From the NCBI GenBank assembly GCA_036172245.1, contig JAYWIR010000038.1:806001-870000 (forward strand): a stretch of 64,000 bases of DNA. Direction: 5' to 3'. This stretch comes from Raillietiella orientalis (lineage: Eukaryota). Positions 51,501-63,984 of this stretch are shown piece by piece; the first letter of the stretch is position 1, and every line of letters starts with the position of its first letter. The notes under the pieces are model-generated. The model did no database searches. It saw only the letters and a program-made list of their open reading frames with translations, and was not told the DNA's origin. The translations under genes and the position numbers were made by a program.

Positions 51501-51750
51501 ACGTCTTATAGGAGTTTCAGAGGCCCCGTCTTGCATCCCCGTTTCCAAACTTCCGCCGGTGCGTCGCCTGTTCCTTGAGACGGTCGCAGGCTTCCCTCTA
51601 GCTGGCGTGTTCTGGTACCCCTGCGTCTTCTACGCCGGAATGCGGGCGGACGGCGCGGGTTGTGGCCAACGGAAGATTCCCACTGATTCCAGCTGCTAGA
51701 CTGAGAATCTCCTTCCGGGACTTCGACGCTCCTTCGCTTCCTCTGAGGTG
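48540..51750 (+). mobile_element. Decayed NeSL/Utopia-type RLE non-LTR retrotransposon
   Basis: Ordered + strand motifs: zinc-finger-like CHSHLCSRAS..TQLL (about 48555), PGCNGLADARRKSVDPDAESLARVHMNCMKTRTMP (about 49775-49885), PQQKGFLPFDRVLERKNFI (about 50050), CPISSLLL, IIHADELDVSLES*GGL (about 50410), LKIRRAYKY (about 50612), PSPWQR, FSLAGEFGARGRWK and VRRLFLETV..C (CCHC relic). Confidence 0.65.
49100..49520 (-). mobile_element. 3' fragment of an L1/Tx1-like element (CCHC knuckle) inserted antisense in the Utopia-like relic
   Basis: 49410-49341 minus strand reads GISPNCNRCGDAETILHLLLYCS, an intact C-x2-C-x7-H-x4-C, preceded by ALLFVHG. Confidence 0.5.
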
Positions 51751-54149
51751 ACTGACGTCCAGTTGACCCAACGATCTCCGGTGAAAGGGTCCCTCGTCCG
51801 TTCAAGAGACCACCGTCGCTTTCTGTTTTCCTGGTGGGCGTGGGTTTCCCCGTTTATCTCGTCGCTTTCCTCTCCTTCAGCTTCCAGAAGGTTTCTGGAC
51901 GTCCTTCAGCGATCTTCCTTTTTCCGTCTCTGGAGCCGCCACCGCGGTTCACGGGAACCAATCCTCTTCTTCTCTTTCCCGGAAAGGCAAGCGCCCTGGA
52001 AAGAGAAGGAAGGGATGCTCCCCCCCTCTCTTCCTGGGTCCGCGTGCTCATGCTGGAGGGACGGGAGTCTCGCGGTGACATCATGTGCGCGGAGCACCCG
52101 GGACTCGGCCGATGTGCGCACTTCCCTCGCATGAGCGGTTTCAAGGCCGTGCGACCGTTGACGTTTGGCTGAGGTGCTCCTCCGCTCAACCTGCTTGTGG
52201 GCACGAGCTCTTGGCTCGCGAGACGCGTGATGCGCATCTCGGTGAGAACGAGGGTTTTACTACGCATACCGACGTACCTGCGGATGGGGATGCAGAGGGA
52301 TCGAAACTGCGGGCTCCGGGGAGCACACATGTGATCACGTGCTCGTCCCGTGTTTTCGCAAGGTGTGCACGTGAAGAGTTTCCAGTGCACTTCCTCTTCG
52401 CCCCTCTTTGGCGCCCTGCGTGTCCTCTACATCCAGACCCATGAGACAGGAACGTTTTTTTTTTTTTGTGTGTGTGTGTGCGCGCTTGCACAATGGCACC
52501 GCCACCATCGGGAAGCAGGAAGGGAGATTCCAACCTCCTTGCCTCGCTTTAAAGGTCACATGCCTCCCCTCATCCATGGGTTCCCATCCAGGTACGCACC
52601 GGACGGCTTTTTTCCCAGAACATCCCGGAAGAAAATTCGGCTGAGTTTCAGGAAAGCATCGGTTTATCTCTGCGGCCTTCAACCGTGTGCCCTACTACCA
52701 AAGGTTGCTACTACCAAAGATGTGAAGCACGGCTCGCGAAAGAGCGCGAAAATCGCTTCCCAATCCTTCCATTCGCAGAGCCTGGCACCCGGAAAGCTTC
52801 CGTTGCTAAGGAACGAACGAACTCGAGAGAGAGAGCGCGTAGGTGTAAAGACGTCCGCTTACGCGTGATGGCGTCGCGGGCTTTTTCCCTTTCGGTCAAA
52901 TTAGCGGGACTCCCGGACGAACGATTTGCTGAAGAGGACGCGGAAGGTTAGCTGCCTGCGGTTGGTTGAACTTCGGGGAGGGAAGAAACGAAAGAGCAGC
53001 GGGTGCCAAGCAAAGATGGCTTCTATTCAAGAGTTCGCTTCCAAAGTGCGGAAATCGTCCTAAGGAACCCCCGCCTTGACGCCTCGCCTGTTGCTTCCAG
53101 CGGATTTGCCTCTCGTTTTGGTCATCCGTCTGGTGGGTTGCTGCCTTGACAGCCTCTGTTCGATAGGCGATGAGCAGCGGATGCTTAAGAGTTGCACCGC
53201 TTTCGCTTGGTATCGAAGTTTTGCCATTCGATTAGCTTCTCAGGCTGAGAACCTGGACAGATTTTAAATGATCGTAGGACACTCATGATTGCATGAGCAA
53301 CTCCATGCAACCTGATATGGTGCCGGAGACCAAACAGCAGACCAGGGGTTCAGTCAGGGAGGGGTACGGCATCGAATTCCACAAGCAGAGAGCTGAATGC
53401 AGTGCTCTATTCTTTTTCTGAGGAAGATCCGATCTTGTGGCTTATTCTTCTGCAAAGTGTGATTGATGGTCGCGTGTGTTGTGTACGCTTTTAGGCAAAC
53501 TTTCCCTCATTTCGCGATTCGGGAATTTGACAGGGTTTGTCTTCGTTCGATCACAGTCGCCCCGATGGGCAACTTGTAGAAGGAAAGGGTATCAGAATGT
53601 ACACTGGAGACTCGAGAACGAAACTGGCCATCGAGCAGCCGTGGTTTGCAGCAAACAAGTGGGTGTTTGTGATCGAGAGCATACATGAAAAACCCGAAAT
53701 TCTTGGGAGATGGACACCTATCTATTTTAGGCTCTCTTCCACTTTTCGTAGTGTCGGGTTTCACCTTTGAGTATTCGGATCAAATGAGACACCAACGAGA
53801 GAAGGAAGATCCTTCTCTCATTGCTATCTTCTTTCCTGTGTCTCCCTTTTCATCGGTCTCAGCACTGTCAACTGCTTAGGATTCCAAGGCAGCTTTTGTT
53901 TCCTCTACGTCATGTAAGCAAAGCATCGTTCACGCAGCAATAGTGGGCTTCTTTTTTCTAAGAAGAAGAAAAAAAAAAAATTCCTTCGGCATAACGTGAT
54001 CCTTCGCCATTCGTTATTTTGACACTTCACATGGCCATTCATGGCCATCTTCTACCTAGCGCCCACACTCTTCGAAGGATGGTTGTTTGCCGCGCTTTGA
54101 AGGAAGATGGGCATCTTCAGAAGTGTGCAGACTGACTGTTGGTGAATCC

Positions 54150-54570
54150 TCCGCTTGAAGAAAAAAAAAACCTTCGAATTCCTGTGACAGGAGGACAGCA
54201 GACAACCAATCAAGGTGAACGGATCTTGGGAAGGAACTTGCACCTGCAGGTTTTCCTGGATTCACTTGTGGCGTTCCTGTTCCACCGCACACCAGCATCC
54301 GCATCAGAAGCACTTTACTGTACACATGACGTTGACTTTCATCGTCTCCAGCTCTTCCTGCAGTCACTTTAGTTTTCTTCAGCTTTCGGTGCCGTACGTG
54401 GTGCATGATGAGACCGAAATCCTTGTCTGTGTGCCAAAATAATCGAGAACGAAGCCATACCCAGTCGGTGATGCTTAGGATTTTGCGACAGGAATTCAAT
54501 AATTAATAAGAAACCGATCCATACGGATGCCCCCAAGCAGTGGCACATGGAGACTTTCAAGAGATCCAAG
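54150..54570 (-). mobile_element. RTE-like retrotransposon 3' ORF fragment
   Basis: NSCRKILSITDW..LFWHT..HHVRHRKLK..AGRAGDD..SKVLL (cf. CLRRILGI.W...IRxRRLxWxGHVxRM.D..PK.LL). A similar + strand piece (FDRVCLRSI..KERVSE) lies at about 53500-53730. Confidence 0.35.
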
Positions 54571-55789
54571 GGAAATGAAGTGAATCGAGCGGACTTTCTT
54601 TTTCAGAAGGGGGACAAGGATAATCGAATGAATGACAGAATGATGCTACTGATGCTACCCTTAAAAAGCCTGGGTGATAAATTTAGCATGCATCCGTGCT
54701 TCTTCTTCTTCTTTTTTTTAATCTGAACAGCTATATACTGACTGACGGCCATGGAACTCAGGTCCTTCTATTTCTGGTCCATTCTAAGCGTCCGTCCCAC
54801 TTTCGACGCGTTCCATTTCGATTATTCCATGATCCGGAAGCTGGAGAAAAATTAAAATTACCGAGTGCTCCTCAGCAATGTGCACAAAACTCTCAGCTCG
54901 AATGATGCTTTCTCTTTTCCTCCCTTAGCAACGCTGAGAATCCTCGATCAAGAATAGTTGGACGATCATTCGGTTGTGTACTCTCCGATCGTCGTTCCGA
55001 TAGAAACGAAGCAATGCGTCTAAAACGCCACTAGAAATGAAATCTGTGTGCTGCCAAATCTTGGATCATTTTATTACAAAGGGGTTGCAGTCGCGAATGC
55101 AAAACACAAATAAAAAACACGAATGGGCATGCAAATGACGGAAATGAGTTGCAGTTGCAGCGATAGTGCGAAACACCCTTGAATGCCTCCCACGAAGACA
55201 CCGGGAGGATCAACACCTTTCAGTGTTTCCTTATGATCGGGGACGATCAACGTGTCTTCATCAGCAGCAGCTGATACCGTATTTGCAACTAAAGCTTCGC
55301 AACATGTCAGTCAATTCTTCAAGACGTTCTTAGAGTGCAACTCCGTACCTTCTAAAGATTTGTTTTCGTAGTTTTCTTGCTGAATCACCCAAACGGCCGT
55401 TTGCCGCCAGCTTCAGAGCTTCAAGTACCAAATGTCTTTGACACCGCTGTTTCGCTGGAACAATCACACGGATTATTGCATGCGTTGGTTACAGAGAAGC
55501 AGCGGTGTGAAAGACTTGAAGCTCTGAATAGCTATACATAGAGAGAAAATTGAATTCTAAATGTGGCTCGTTTTTTTTCCCATCACATCGATCCCGATCA
55601 TAAGGAAACACTGAAAAGTGTTGATCTTCACGGGGTCTTCAATACTGGGTTATCGTATCATGCGAATCCTTGCCGTCCAGTTGGCAACTGACCTTATTAC
55701 ATTCCTGGGCTCGCTCTCAGGAACAAAGCGTAAAGGAGTGAAGACCCAGAGACCCTTTAGTCTGGGTACAGCGGAATGTCCGGGAGTCA

Positions 55790-56620
55790 CACCCTGTGCA
55801 CGGAAGGCTCCAGCTGAACGCGTACGAACAAGACAGCTGAGACATTCACTTGGTTGGTGTGTTTCCACAGCAAACACTTGATCGCCTGCTGGTGGATTCT
55901 GCACGTTATCCATAGCTGGAGGATTTCCGGCTCTCTCAACCGGTTGAAAAACGTGGAAGCACGCAAAGACTGCTTCCAGTTCGGAGTAATGAGTAATGGA
56001 ACGCGTGCGTCCAGCATCATATGGCTGTGTGTCAGAAGATGACCTTCAGAAACGCGCCATCCCTCTAAACGTGGCCGAATCTGGAGTGGGCGTTTTGCGA
56101 AAGACACCGTTCGATACTTAGAACGGAAGACAAACATTGGCCACGGAAGGTTCTCTGTGGTTTCGTTCACGCGCCTGCTTTATCCGTTCCATTTCGGATG
56201 CCACTCTTCCTTTGAGTCCTTCCTTGGTATCTGAGTCCGGAAATGGATGCCTCAACTTCCCTCGAGCAGCACTTTCACTGGGAAACCCAGTCGCGTACTC
56301 AACGACGAAGCGGATATCCATACGGTACGGAGCACTATGTACATCGTGTTTGCCGTGAAAAAAGTGTGAGGATGGAGGAGAAAATCCCCGGCAATCCAGA
56401 TTCCTTTTGAAACTGCCTTTTGGCAGCCAAATTTTCTTGTCGAAAAATCTGGTCCCGAACTGGGTCGGATTCGGATTTAGAGAAAAACAACAGCAACAAC
56501 AGCAACTGGGAAACCGAAATCCTTGTAAATTGTCTGAGAGGGTCGCTCTCGAAATCTTTGCCAAAAACTTCGGAAACGCTCTGCTGTTGCTCTGTGACAT
56601 CCTTCATCCCTTGCAACTGC
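55790..56620 (-). mobile_element. Possible AcademX-like DNA transposon relic (XPG-like domain plus Cys-rich tail)
   Basis: Ordered minus-strand remnants: IWLPKG..HFFHGKHDVHSAPY (cf. FHAxxGCDxxSA), TENLPWP (LPPT) and RPRLEGWRV..LLITPNWKQS (P.EWGW..LLxxCxCK). A DEDTLIV piece lies near 55260. Weak. Confidence 0.3.
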
Positions 56621-56684
56621 ATCAACTGCACATGCTTTGGCACACGCCCCTGAGTACAGAACCAATTGCTGCTGTACCAATTGG

Positions 56685-56739
56685 GCAAACACAAACGCAC
56701 GTTCGCTTTGCAAACACAAACGCACGTTCGCTTTGCAAA
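56685..56739. repeat. 25-bp perfect tandem duplication
   Basis: gcaaacacaaacgcacgttcgcttt occurs twice head-to-tail (56685-56709, 56710-56734), followed by gcaaa. Confidence 0.9.
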
Positions 56740-57125
56740 AAGCAACCACGGTGTGAATGCTGCAAAATTTTTCCCACGTCGAGAAAAAGTATGTACACGC
56801 ATGTACACTCATGTCGGTGAACCGCGGAGATCTTCCGTCGACCGAACCCTCTGACCGACTCAATTGCACGACGGCGAAGTGTGAACATCGCTCAGGCGCG
56901 GCCAGAAGATGATGAATGCATCAGCAAACATTCATCGACGCACGGCCCTAAATAGGTACACCGATAGGATACCCGTGCAGCTCTCGGGCTTTTCAGAACT
57001 GTGGCAAACCCGGGCTCGAATTGTGCAACCTTTGACTTTGAGCCGGACGTCCCCACTGCAGAGCGACATAACGATCTGCTGCATCATAAACCCGAGGCTC
57101 TCCATTAGGCGGGATTCGTTTACTC

Positions 57126-57159
57126 AAAAAAAAAAGAAAAAAAAAAAAAAAAAAAAAAA
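57126..57159 (+). repeat. Poly(A) tract
   Basis: About 33 A with one G interruption; possibly a retroelement tail. Confidence 0.85.
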
Positions 57160-57974
57160 GAGTCCTTGATGGCATTCGAGCTGCATAACGCCCGTTGCAT
57201 TCAATAGTAAAGCGAGTAGGTTATTTTTCTGACAAAGCCCACAACTGTTTTGCATGATCTTGAAAGTCATTCGCTCTCTGCACTTTGTGACGTTGGCTGG
57301 AATCAGCTGTTTTTTGTTATTGTTCCTTGTAACTGCGTTGAGGGTAACCAGTTTATCTTCATCAGCGCTGTGACCATTTTCATGCCCCGAAAACGAAAAT
57401 CATAACCATTCTTCCATCGTTTGTTCGGTTTATCTTTCTGGGTAACATACTACAATGTATGGATAAATAGTAGCTGATCCAAGGTTTGTTGTGAAAGTTA
57501 TTTCACGGCAAAGCTTAAAGTCGTTTGAAGCAAAATGTAATTTATGAATGCTGAGCTTACGAATGCGTGGAGTAAGGAAAAAAAGTTTTATCACCGTTAT
57601 GGAACAATGCAGTAAGAAGCTTTGTCCGTTGTAATGACTCAAAATTGTACAAAATCCCAAGTTGCTTGTATGAATCAGAATTAACGCTGAAATTCCTTTG
57701 TTTATGTCATCCTTGTTACGGTGTTTAATGTTTTGAATGGGTGCGCATGATTCTTTTGAAAATTAATGAAATTTTCCAACGAGTACATATAATATTTACT
57801 ATTTACTAATAAGTGTGTGAAAAACTTTCATTTTATGTAGTCGTGAACACAGTGCTTAAAAGACCGAAATACGTAAATTTATTTCAGTGCCGTGTCAAAA
57901 GAATTTTTTGTTGTTATTTGGTAAGTTTAAGGTTATGTTTTATAGAGTTGTAGAGAAAATGAAATAATTACAAC

Positions 57975-60884
57975 ATGTCAGCTGAATCAAGAAGACTGAG
58001 GAAAAGTCTTGGCCAAATAATCAATCCTCAGGCAGTTACTGATAAAACGCTAATAGAAAGTGTTACAGACCTTATCAATGAAGTAACAAATTCTAGCAAT
58101 TCCATAGTTGAACAAAAAGATCCTATACTGTGGCTCAAATTTGAAAGTCAAGAGATCCTAAAAGATCTCATAAATCCAGTTGGTTCTTTTGTGGAATCGT
58201 ATGAACCTCTTATCCTGACAATTGGATATGGAAGTGGTGTACAAGTCTATTGTGTTTATCCCACAGGAGAAGCAGAAGAACTTTTATCTTGGAAAGCAGA
58301 AGCAGTTAAAATATTCAAAATAATTCCTAAACCAGATTTTTTTCTTAATTGTATAGATGTTTATTTTGGAAAGAGACCTCTTGTTGGTGTATGTGATAGT
58401 GTTCAATTGTTTTCCTTGTCTTTCATATCTCTGAAATCTGGTAGTCAGGTCAAGTGCATCAAATTCAGAAGTCCCATTCTGGATTTTTTATGTAACCGAA
58501 GAGTAGTGGTTATAACATTTTTAGAAAGAGTTGCAGTTTTTGATTCATGCACTCTGGAGGATAGATTTAGCATCACAAGTTGTTATCCTTTAACAGGACC
58601 AACACAAAATCCAGTAGCCTTAAGCACACGATGGCTTGCTTATGCTAGCAAGAAGTTAATTTCGATGAATGCATCACGAGGGGGAGTGAGCATTGATCAA
58701 ACATCTCAATCATATGCTGCAAGCATGATGGGTGCTGCACGTTCCTTACGAAAAGGTTTAAAAGAACTCAGTGAATCTGTTGCCTCCGGCTTTGGCACAA
58801 AAGTCCCACAAATTGGTATTTCTACATGCATACCTGGAGTAGTGACTGTTCTTGATATTAAAGATGTAGCAAAAAAAGAAGTGTGTGTTCAAGATGAAAC
58901 ATCAGGCATCATTGTTCACTTTATAGCTCATTCAAATGAGTCTATTGCTTATCTGACATTTGACCCTTCTGGTAACCTGTTATTCACAGCAGACAAAACA
59001 GGACATGACTTTCACATATTTAGAATATTTTTTCATCCTGGTGGTTCCAGAATGGCAGCAGTACACCATTTGTATACTTTACATCGTGGTGAAACCAATG
59101 CCAGAGTACAAGATGTGACTTTTTCTCATGACACACGCTGGATTACTGTAACAACTAATAGAGGTACTTCACATATTTTTCCCATCACTCCTTATGGAGG
59201 TAAAATTTCTGTGCGTACCCATTCTTCACACAAAGTTGTAAATCGATTAAGCCAGTTTCATCAAAGTGCAGGATTGGATGACACCATGGCATTCCCAGAT
59301 ATGCAGACCATGACAATTAATCAAAGCCCCAAAGTCAAAACAATTCCAGAGCCTCCCATTATTTGTGCCTTTCCAAATCCTTGTTTGCCTCCATACCCAA
59401 ATCCGTTAGTGCTGAATCCATTGCTTCAGCTCAAACAACCTCTGTTGCCTGTTGGAAGTCCTTCTGTTCTGGTAACAAACAGAAATGTGAAAACTGAGGA
59501 TGGCATACCCATACGTGTATCAGCAATATTTGGCAATCCAAGGGGGTGGCTCTCTACGGGTACCATTTTGCCTCGAGAGCGAATTCAAAAGAAACCTATT
59601 GATTCTCTTTTTATAGCCACTTCTTTAGGTCTTCTCACCGAATACACTCTGGAACTAAAGCATGCAGGTAATCTATATCCGCAATTTAATTGTCAGACTG
59701 AGTGTGTTGCAGCATTTACCAAAGAGAAAGTAGCAGAAGATGCTCCCATTCAGTTGACAGCAGATGCAAGTGCCCAGTGGGACCTCTCCCACCCTGCCTT
59801 TACAAGGGAGTTACAACCACCTTTGCAAAAATGTCATCCCCTAATTGTTTTATATACAGATAAGACTTCATTTAACAAGAAAGCTACTAACACAGAGAAT
59901 TACTGGTTATCTCAGGTCAGTTTCCACATGTTTCATGAAGAATGAATCCGTTCGAATATAAGATATGAAACAATTTTTTTTGATAGGTGGAAATCATTTC
60001 CCATTTGGGACCTCATCGTCGCTTGTGGATGGGACCCCAGTTCAACTTTTCGACATATGGCAGGTAGGTAATCAGTGTTAAGAATGAGAAAAGAAAAGTT
60101 TGCAGATTGGAAGGCGATTATCCTGTGGAAAGTAAGCTGCCATTCCCCCAGTCTAGTCCTGTGAATATGCCACAAGTGATGCGCCACTTTGTTGGTGTGA
60201 CCTATGATGCTGGATCTTATAGTGAGTCTGATGAACTATTCAGTACACTTTAAGATGTTAATAGATAGCCTAGAGCCATCACCAAGACTGATGGAAGTTT
60301 ACCATGATTCATTGCACTCTTTAGCTACAAATGAAGCGCACATCCAAGAATCCTTGGCAGAAGCAATGTCTGATGTTGTGCCACCTTTCAGGGATACAGG
60401 TGCATACCTTTATCATATGCCAAGATTGAGATAAGTGCATGCTATAGAGTCAGAGTGAGTTAGGAATTTAAACTTTATGAATACTTCACAAGGAAGTAAA
60501 AAATCGAATGAGTATTGAGGCAATACGAAAATGAAATGATGACATGTAATGTTCACAAGTATCAAAAACAGACTGAGTTTAAGAACATTAATAGAATGAG
60601 AATTTTGTCAATCAGACCAAATAATCAATAAAACTGATAGTATAATTAAGAGCATAAATAAGTAACTAACTTTATCTACTTAGTTATCTACTTAGTGTAA
60701 CAATATTTTCTTGAGGTATTATATAATAGCAACTCATAGCCTTACAAAATTATTTTGCTCATCAGGGGGAAGCCAACAGATGGAAGGAATTACTGATGAA
60801 TTCAGTTCCTCTCCAAGTCCTGAATCTTTGAGTCGAACATCATCCTCAGATCATGCTCTGTTCTTTGATCAAGATCCCTTATAG
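57975..60884 (+). CDS. BCAS3: BCAS3 / rudhira homolog (WD40 PROPPIN-like autophagy/microtubule-associated protein), about 780 aa
   Basis: Exons 57975-59667 (RWLAYA; IVHFIAH..FDPSGNLLFTADKTGHDFHIFRI..VHHLYTLHRGET..RGTSHIFPITPYGG..RTH..VVNRLSQFHQSAGL), 59713-59915 (WLSQ), 59987-60063 (VEIISHLGPHRRLWMGPQF, BCAS3 signature), 60106-60221, 60265-60399 (LAEAM) and 60766-60884. Confidence 0.95.
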
Positions 60885-60898
60885 GTCTTCAGAAAGCA

Positions 60899-63800
60899 TC
60901 AGTCAGTAACTGAATCTATTGTGTTCTTTAATACTGCTTGCAGATCATCAGAAGGATTCAAGGAAAGTAGAGCATGGGCCATTGCATACTGATCCCATGT
61001 CTGTATGGTGTTATCATCATTCACTGTCTGAATTTCTGAACCTGAACACACCCACTGTACAGCAATGTGCCACTGGCATCGCAGCAAAAGATCATCAGTA
61101 GCAGTCAAGAGCTGTGGCAGTTGCAAAATGCAGTATGCTGCTCTCAGGAGAGAGGGATCCTCACAATCAAGACCAATGAGCAGCAACTCATGGAGAAGCT
61201 GAGTTTGGTTTGTAGTATCTTCTTCAAGAAACCAACGAGTTAGCACAAGTGTCAGCTGGAACTGTGCTAGTCTCAATTCTCTGGGGCAACGTTTTGTACC
61301 AAGGAATTCTTGGATCTTTCTTAACATATAAGCTCGTTCTAGCTCACTCTTGGATCCCCAAATTTTCCAAATAGCTTTAGGGAAATCTTCATCCCATGGT
61401 GATTCCATAATCACCTGAGGTGCAGCACCTAGCCTAAGCATAACTTTCAGCTTAAGTGCCTCTTCCATGCGGCTGGCAAATAACTGATAAAGCTGCACCA
61501 CTGGTTCATACCACTGCAACAAATTACCAAATGTTCAACCATGTTCAACTACCTCATGAAGACTTGGGTGACTGTGGAGGATTTCATTAACACCATCCCA
61601 CTGGGCTTTGAGAATCGCATCCTGTAAAGCTTGTAAAGCACAACTAACTGCAAGGGGAACAGCATCAGTTTTTTGTGCAAGGAGAGAAGCAACATGCAGG
61701 CTTTGCCAGTCAGTGCGCTTGGACAAGACACATGCTGCATTCTCAATTCGATTTAAACTTAGGAAACTGCAAAAATGACAGACATAACAATCATACATAA
61801 TCACTATAATTCCAAAAAACTTGCCATTTCGCAGCAGCCTCATATTCATGGTGCTCTATCTCCTTCTGTTGTGCCCAAGAACTAATCAAATCTGCAATGA
61901 GAGAGTCTTCCTTGGGAAGTCTGGCCTTAGCAACACATACTGCTTCTCTAAACATTTTCTGGGAGCGTAGCAGATCAATGGTTTTCAACACCTACAGAAT
62001 GGTACGTTAAGATGGGATGTAAAGCTCATGAGACCGAGCATGATTATTGACAAGTTGTTGGCAAGTCAAGAAAACAGTCAATAGAGAAAACAAAACTATG
62101 GCAATGACATGCAATAAGACCAAATCCACTAGAACCGTCACCACATACAAAAAAGGATGTGCTCAATAAATGTCCACATATTTTGAACAAGCAGCTGATT
62201 CACTAAGAAACGGTGCACTTTCTCATATCCATTAACATGGTAACATCTCCGTATTGCTATACGTCATACTTTACTTGTGAAAGGTCCTTACATATTATGA
62301 TAGTGGTGAGAACTCACCATTCTATGTTGGTATTAGGAGCCACCAATTAGATCTTTTTTATCTACTTTACAAGTGTTAAAAGTAATATTGATGACTCTTA
62401 AGAATGCTGTAGCATTCAATGGATGCAAAATGATATTCTAGTTAATGAACTTATCCCAGAGAATGCCTATGTTGTCACTGGGAATAGTCTCACCTCTTGC
62501 AAAATATAGTTGCTCATTCAAAGCACAATTATAACACTTTTGTTAACAGATACAACCAAACATAGTATACTAGTGACTTAGCAGGATTTTAAAGATGAAT
62601 GCAAATTGAATTTGCATAACCTGTTGGAGCATGGCATCTAAACAACACTGAACATAAACATCTGTTAATGCAAACATTTACAGTATGCACCCTTAATTTC
62701 CAAGTGTTTCTTTCTTCTGTGATGCCTGCACATGAAACACATGCAACTTCACCTTAAAATCTTCAGCAGAAATTTACAAGCAAGCTAGGCTGTAAATTTC
62801 ATAGGCTATGAAATTACCTAATATCACTCAAACGCAAAAAATAGACTTTTAATTAACTTTAGTTAAAAAAAAAACTCCACACTGAATGCACATTCCTAAC
62901 TTAATTACGCATGTTGGAATTCTTTACATTGAGGGAAATTAAAACTGATTATGATACACACATAAAGCATGTCTGTCATGCAAAGCTATTGTTAATTAAA
63001 GCATTTGTGCATGCAAAAACAATTAAGATAAATACACTTCACTTAAAGCTTGAAATACAATCTACTATTTCAAATTTAGGGCATACAATTGCTTGCAAAG
63101 TGTAGGTTTACAGATTCCCCAAGAGAAAAATGAAAATGCGGATCACTTCTTTAGTAAGTTCATCTCATCAATATGATATGGAAACTCATGACAGAACATG
63201 AAAACTTGCTTTAAGAGCAAGTTCTGTGCATTCAAATATCTCTTTTCATTCTACTCTGACTAGAGAACTCAAATATGAAACTCGAAAATCTAAATCCTTA
63301 ACTTTAACCTTTATTCTACAGAAAATCACAGCAGTTTTAACTTTTGAATGTTCTTAAAAGACCTTGAGTTATGTGATTGCTTTTCTGTCCGATACTGTAA
63401 ACTAACAAGCTAAATGACATCGTTAGAAGTGCTAACCTGTGTTGTCCTATGCAATTTAGGATCCAAATGCATCAATATCTGAATACTAGGCCTGTAAACT
63501 CAAAGTGTACATACCAAAAATCAACAACTAACAAAATGCTGTTTAGAATACCTTTTTTACAAATATTTTTCAAGTCATCTAGAAATTTTTATGAACACTT
63601 GTTTCAAATCTTAATACCACACATCATTTGGAACAACTAACTCTGTGGCACACTTGCAATTTCATTTGTATTCAAAATGATCCAAGCTAACCTTGTGACA
63701 TGCTAGCAGATACATGGCTGCATGATGATATTGACTTTCTAACCTTAGTTGTTCAGCATACACTTCACACATTTCTTGCCAGAATCTATGAATCGAAAGT

Positions 63801-63984
63801 TGCTTTCACATCACACTTTGGATTTTATGTACCTACTTATATGATACCATGGGAGCTAAGGAAACTAACTGATCAGTGAGACTTCTCTCCTTGGCTGCTT
63901 GTCTTAATGTAGTTCCTACATCTCCTTTCCATACAGACAACTGTATGCCCAAATTCCAATTCCCAGACTGGCAATGCTGCTTCT
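60899..63984 (-). CDS. GEMIN5: Gem-associated protein 5 (Gemin5 / rigor mortis), 3' exons; gene continues beyond the window
   Basis: Minus-strand exons 63984-63837 (LSVWKGDVGTTLRQAAKERSLTDQLVSLAP), 63785-63692 (WQEMCEVYAEQL..AAMYLLACHK), 61991-61825 (FREAVCVAKARLPKED..AAAK), 61766-61553 (CFL..AACVLSKR..) and 61513-60899. These match the Gemin5 TPR-like dimerisation module. Confidence 0.9.
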
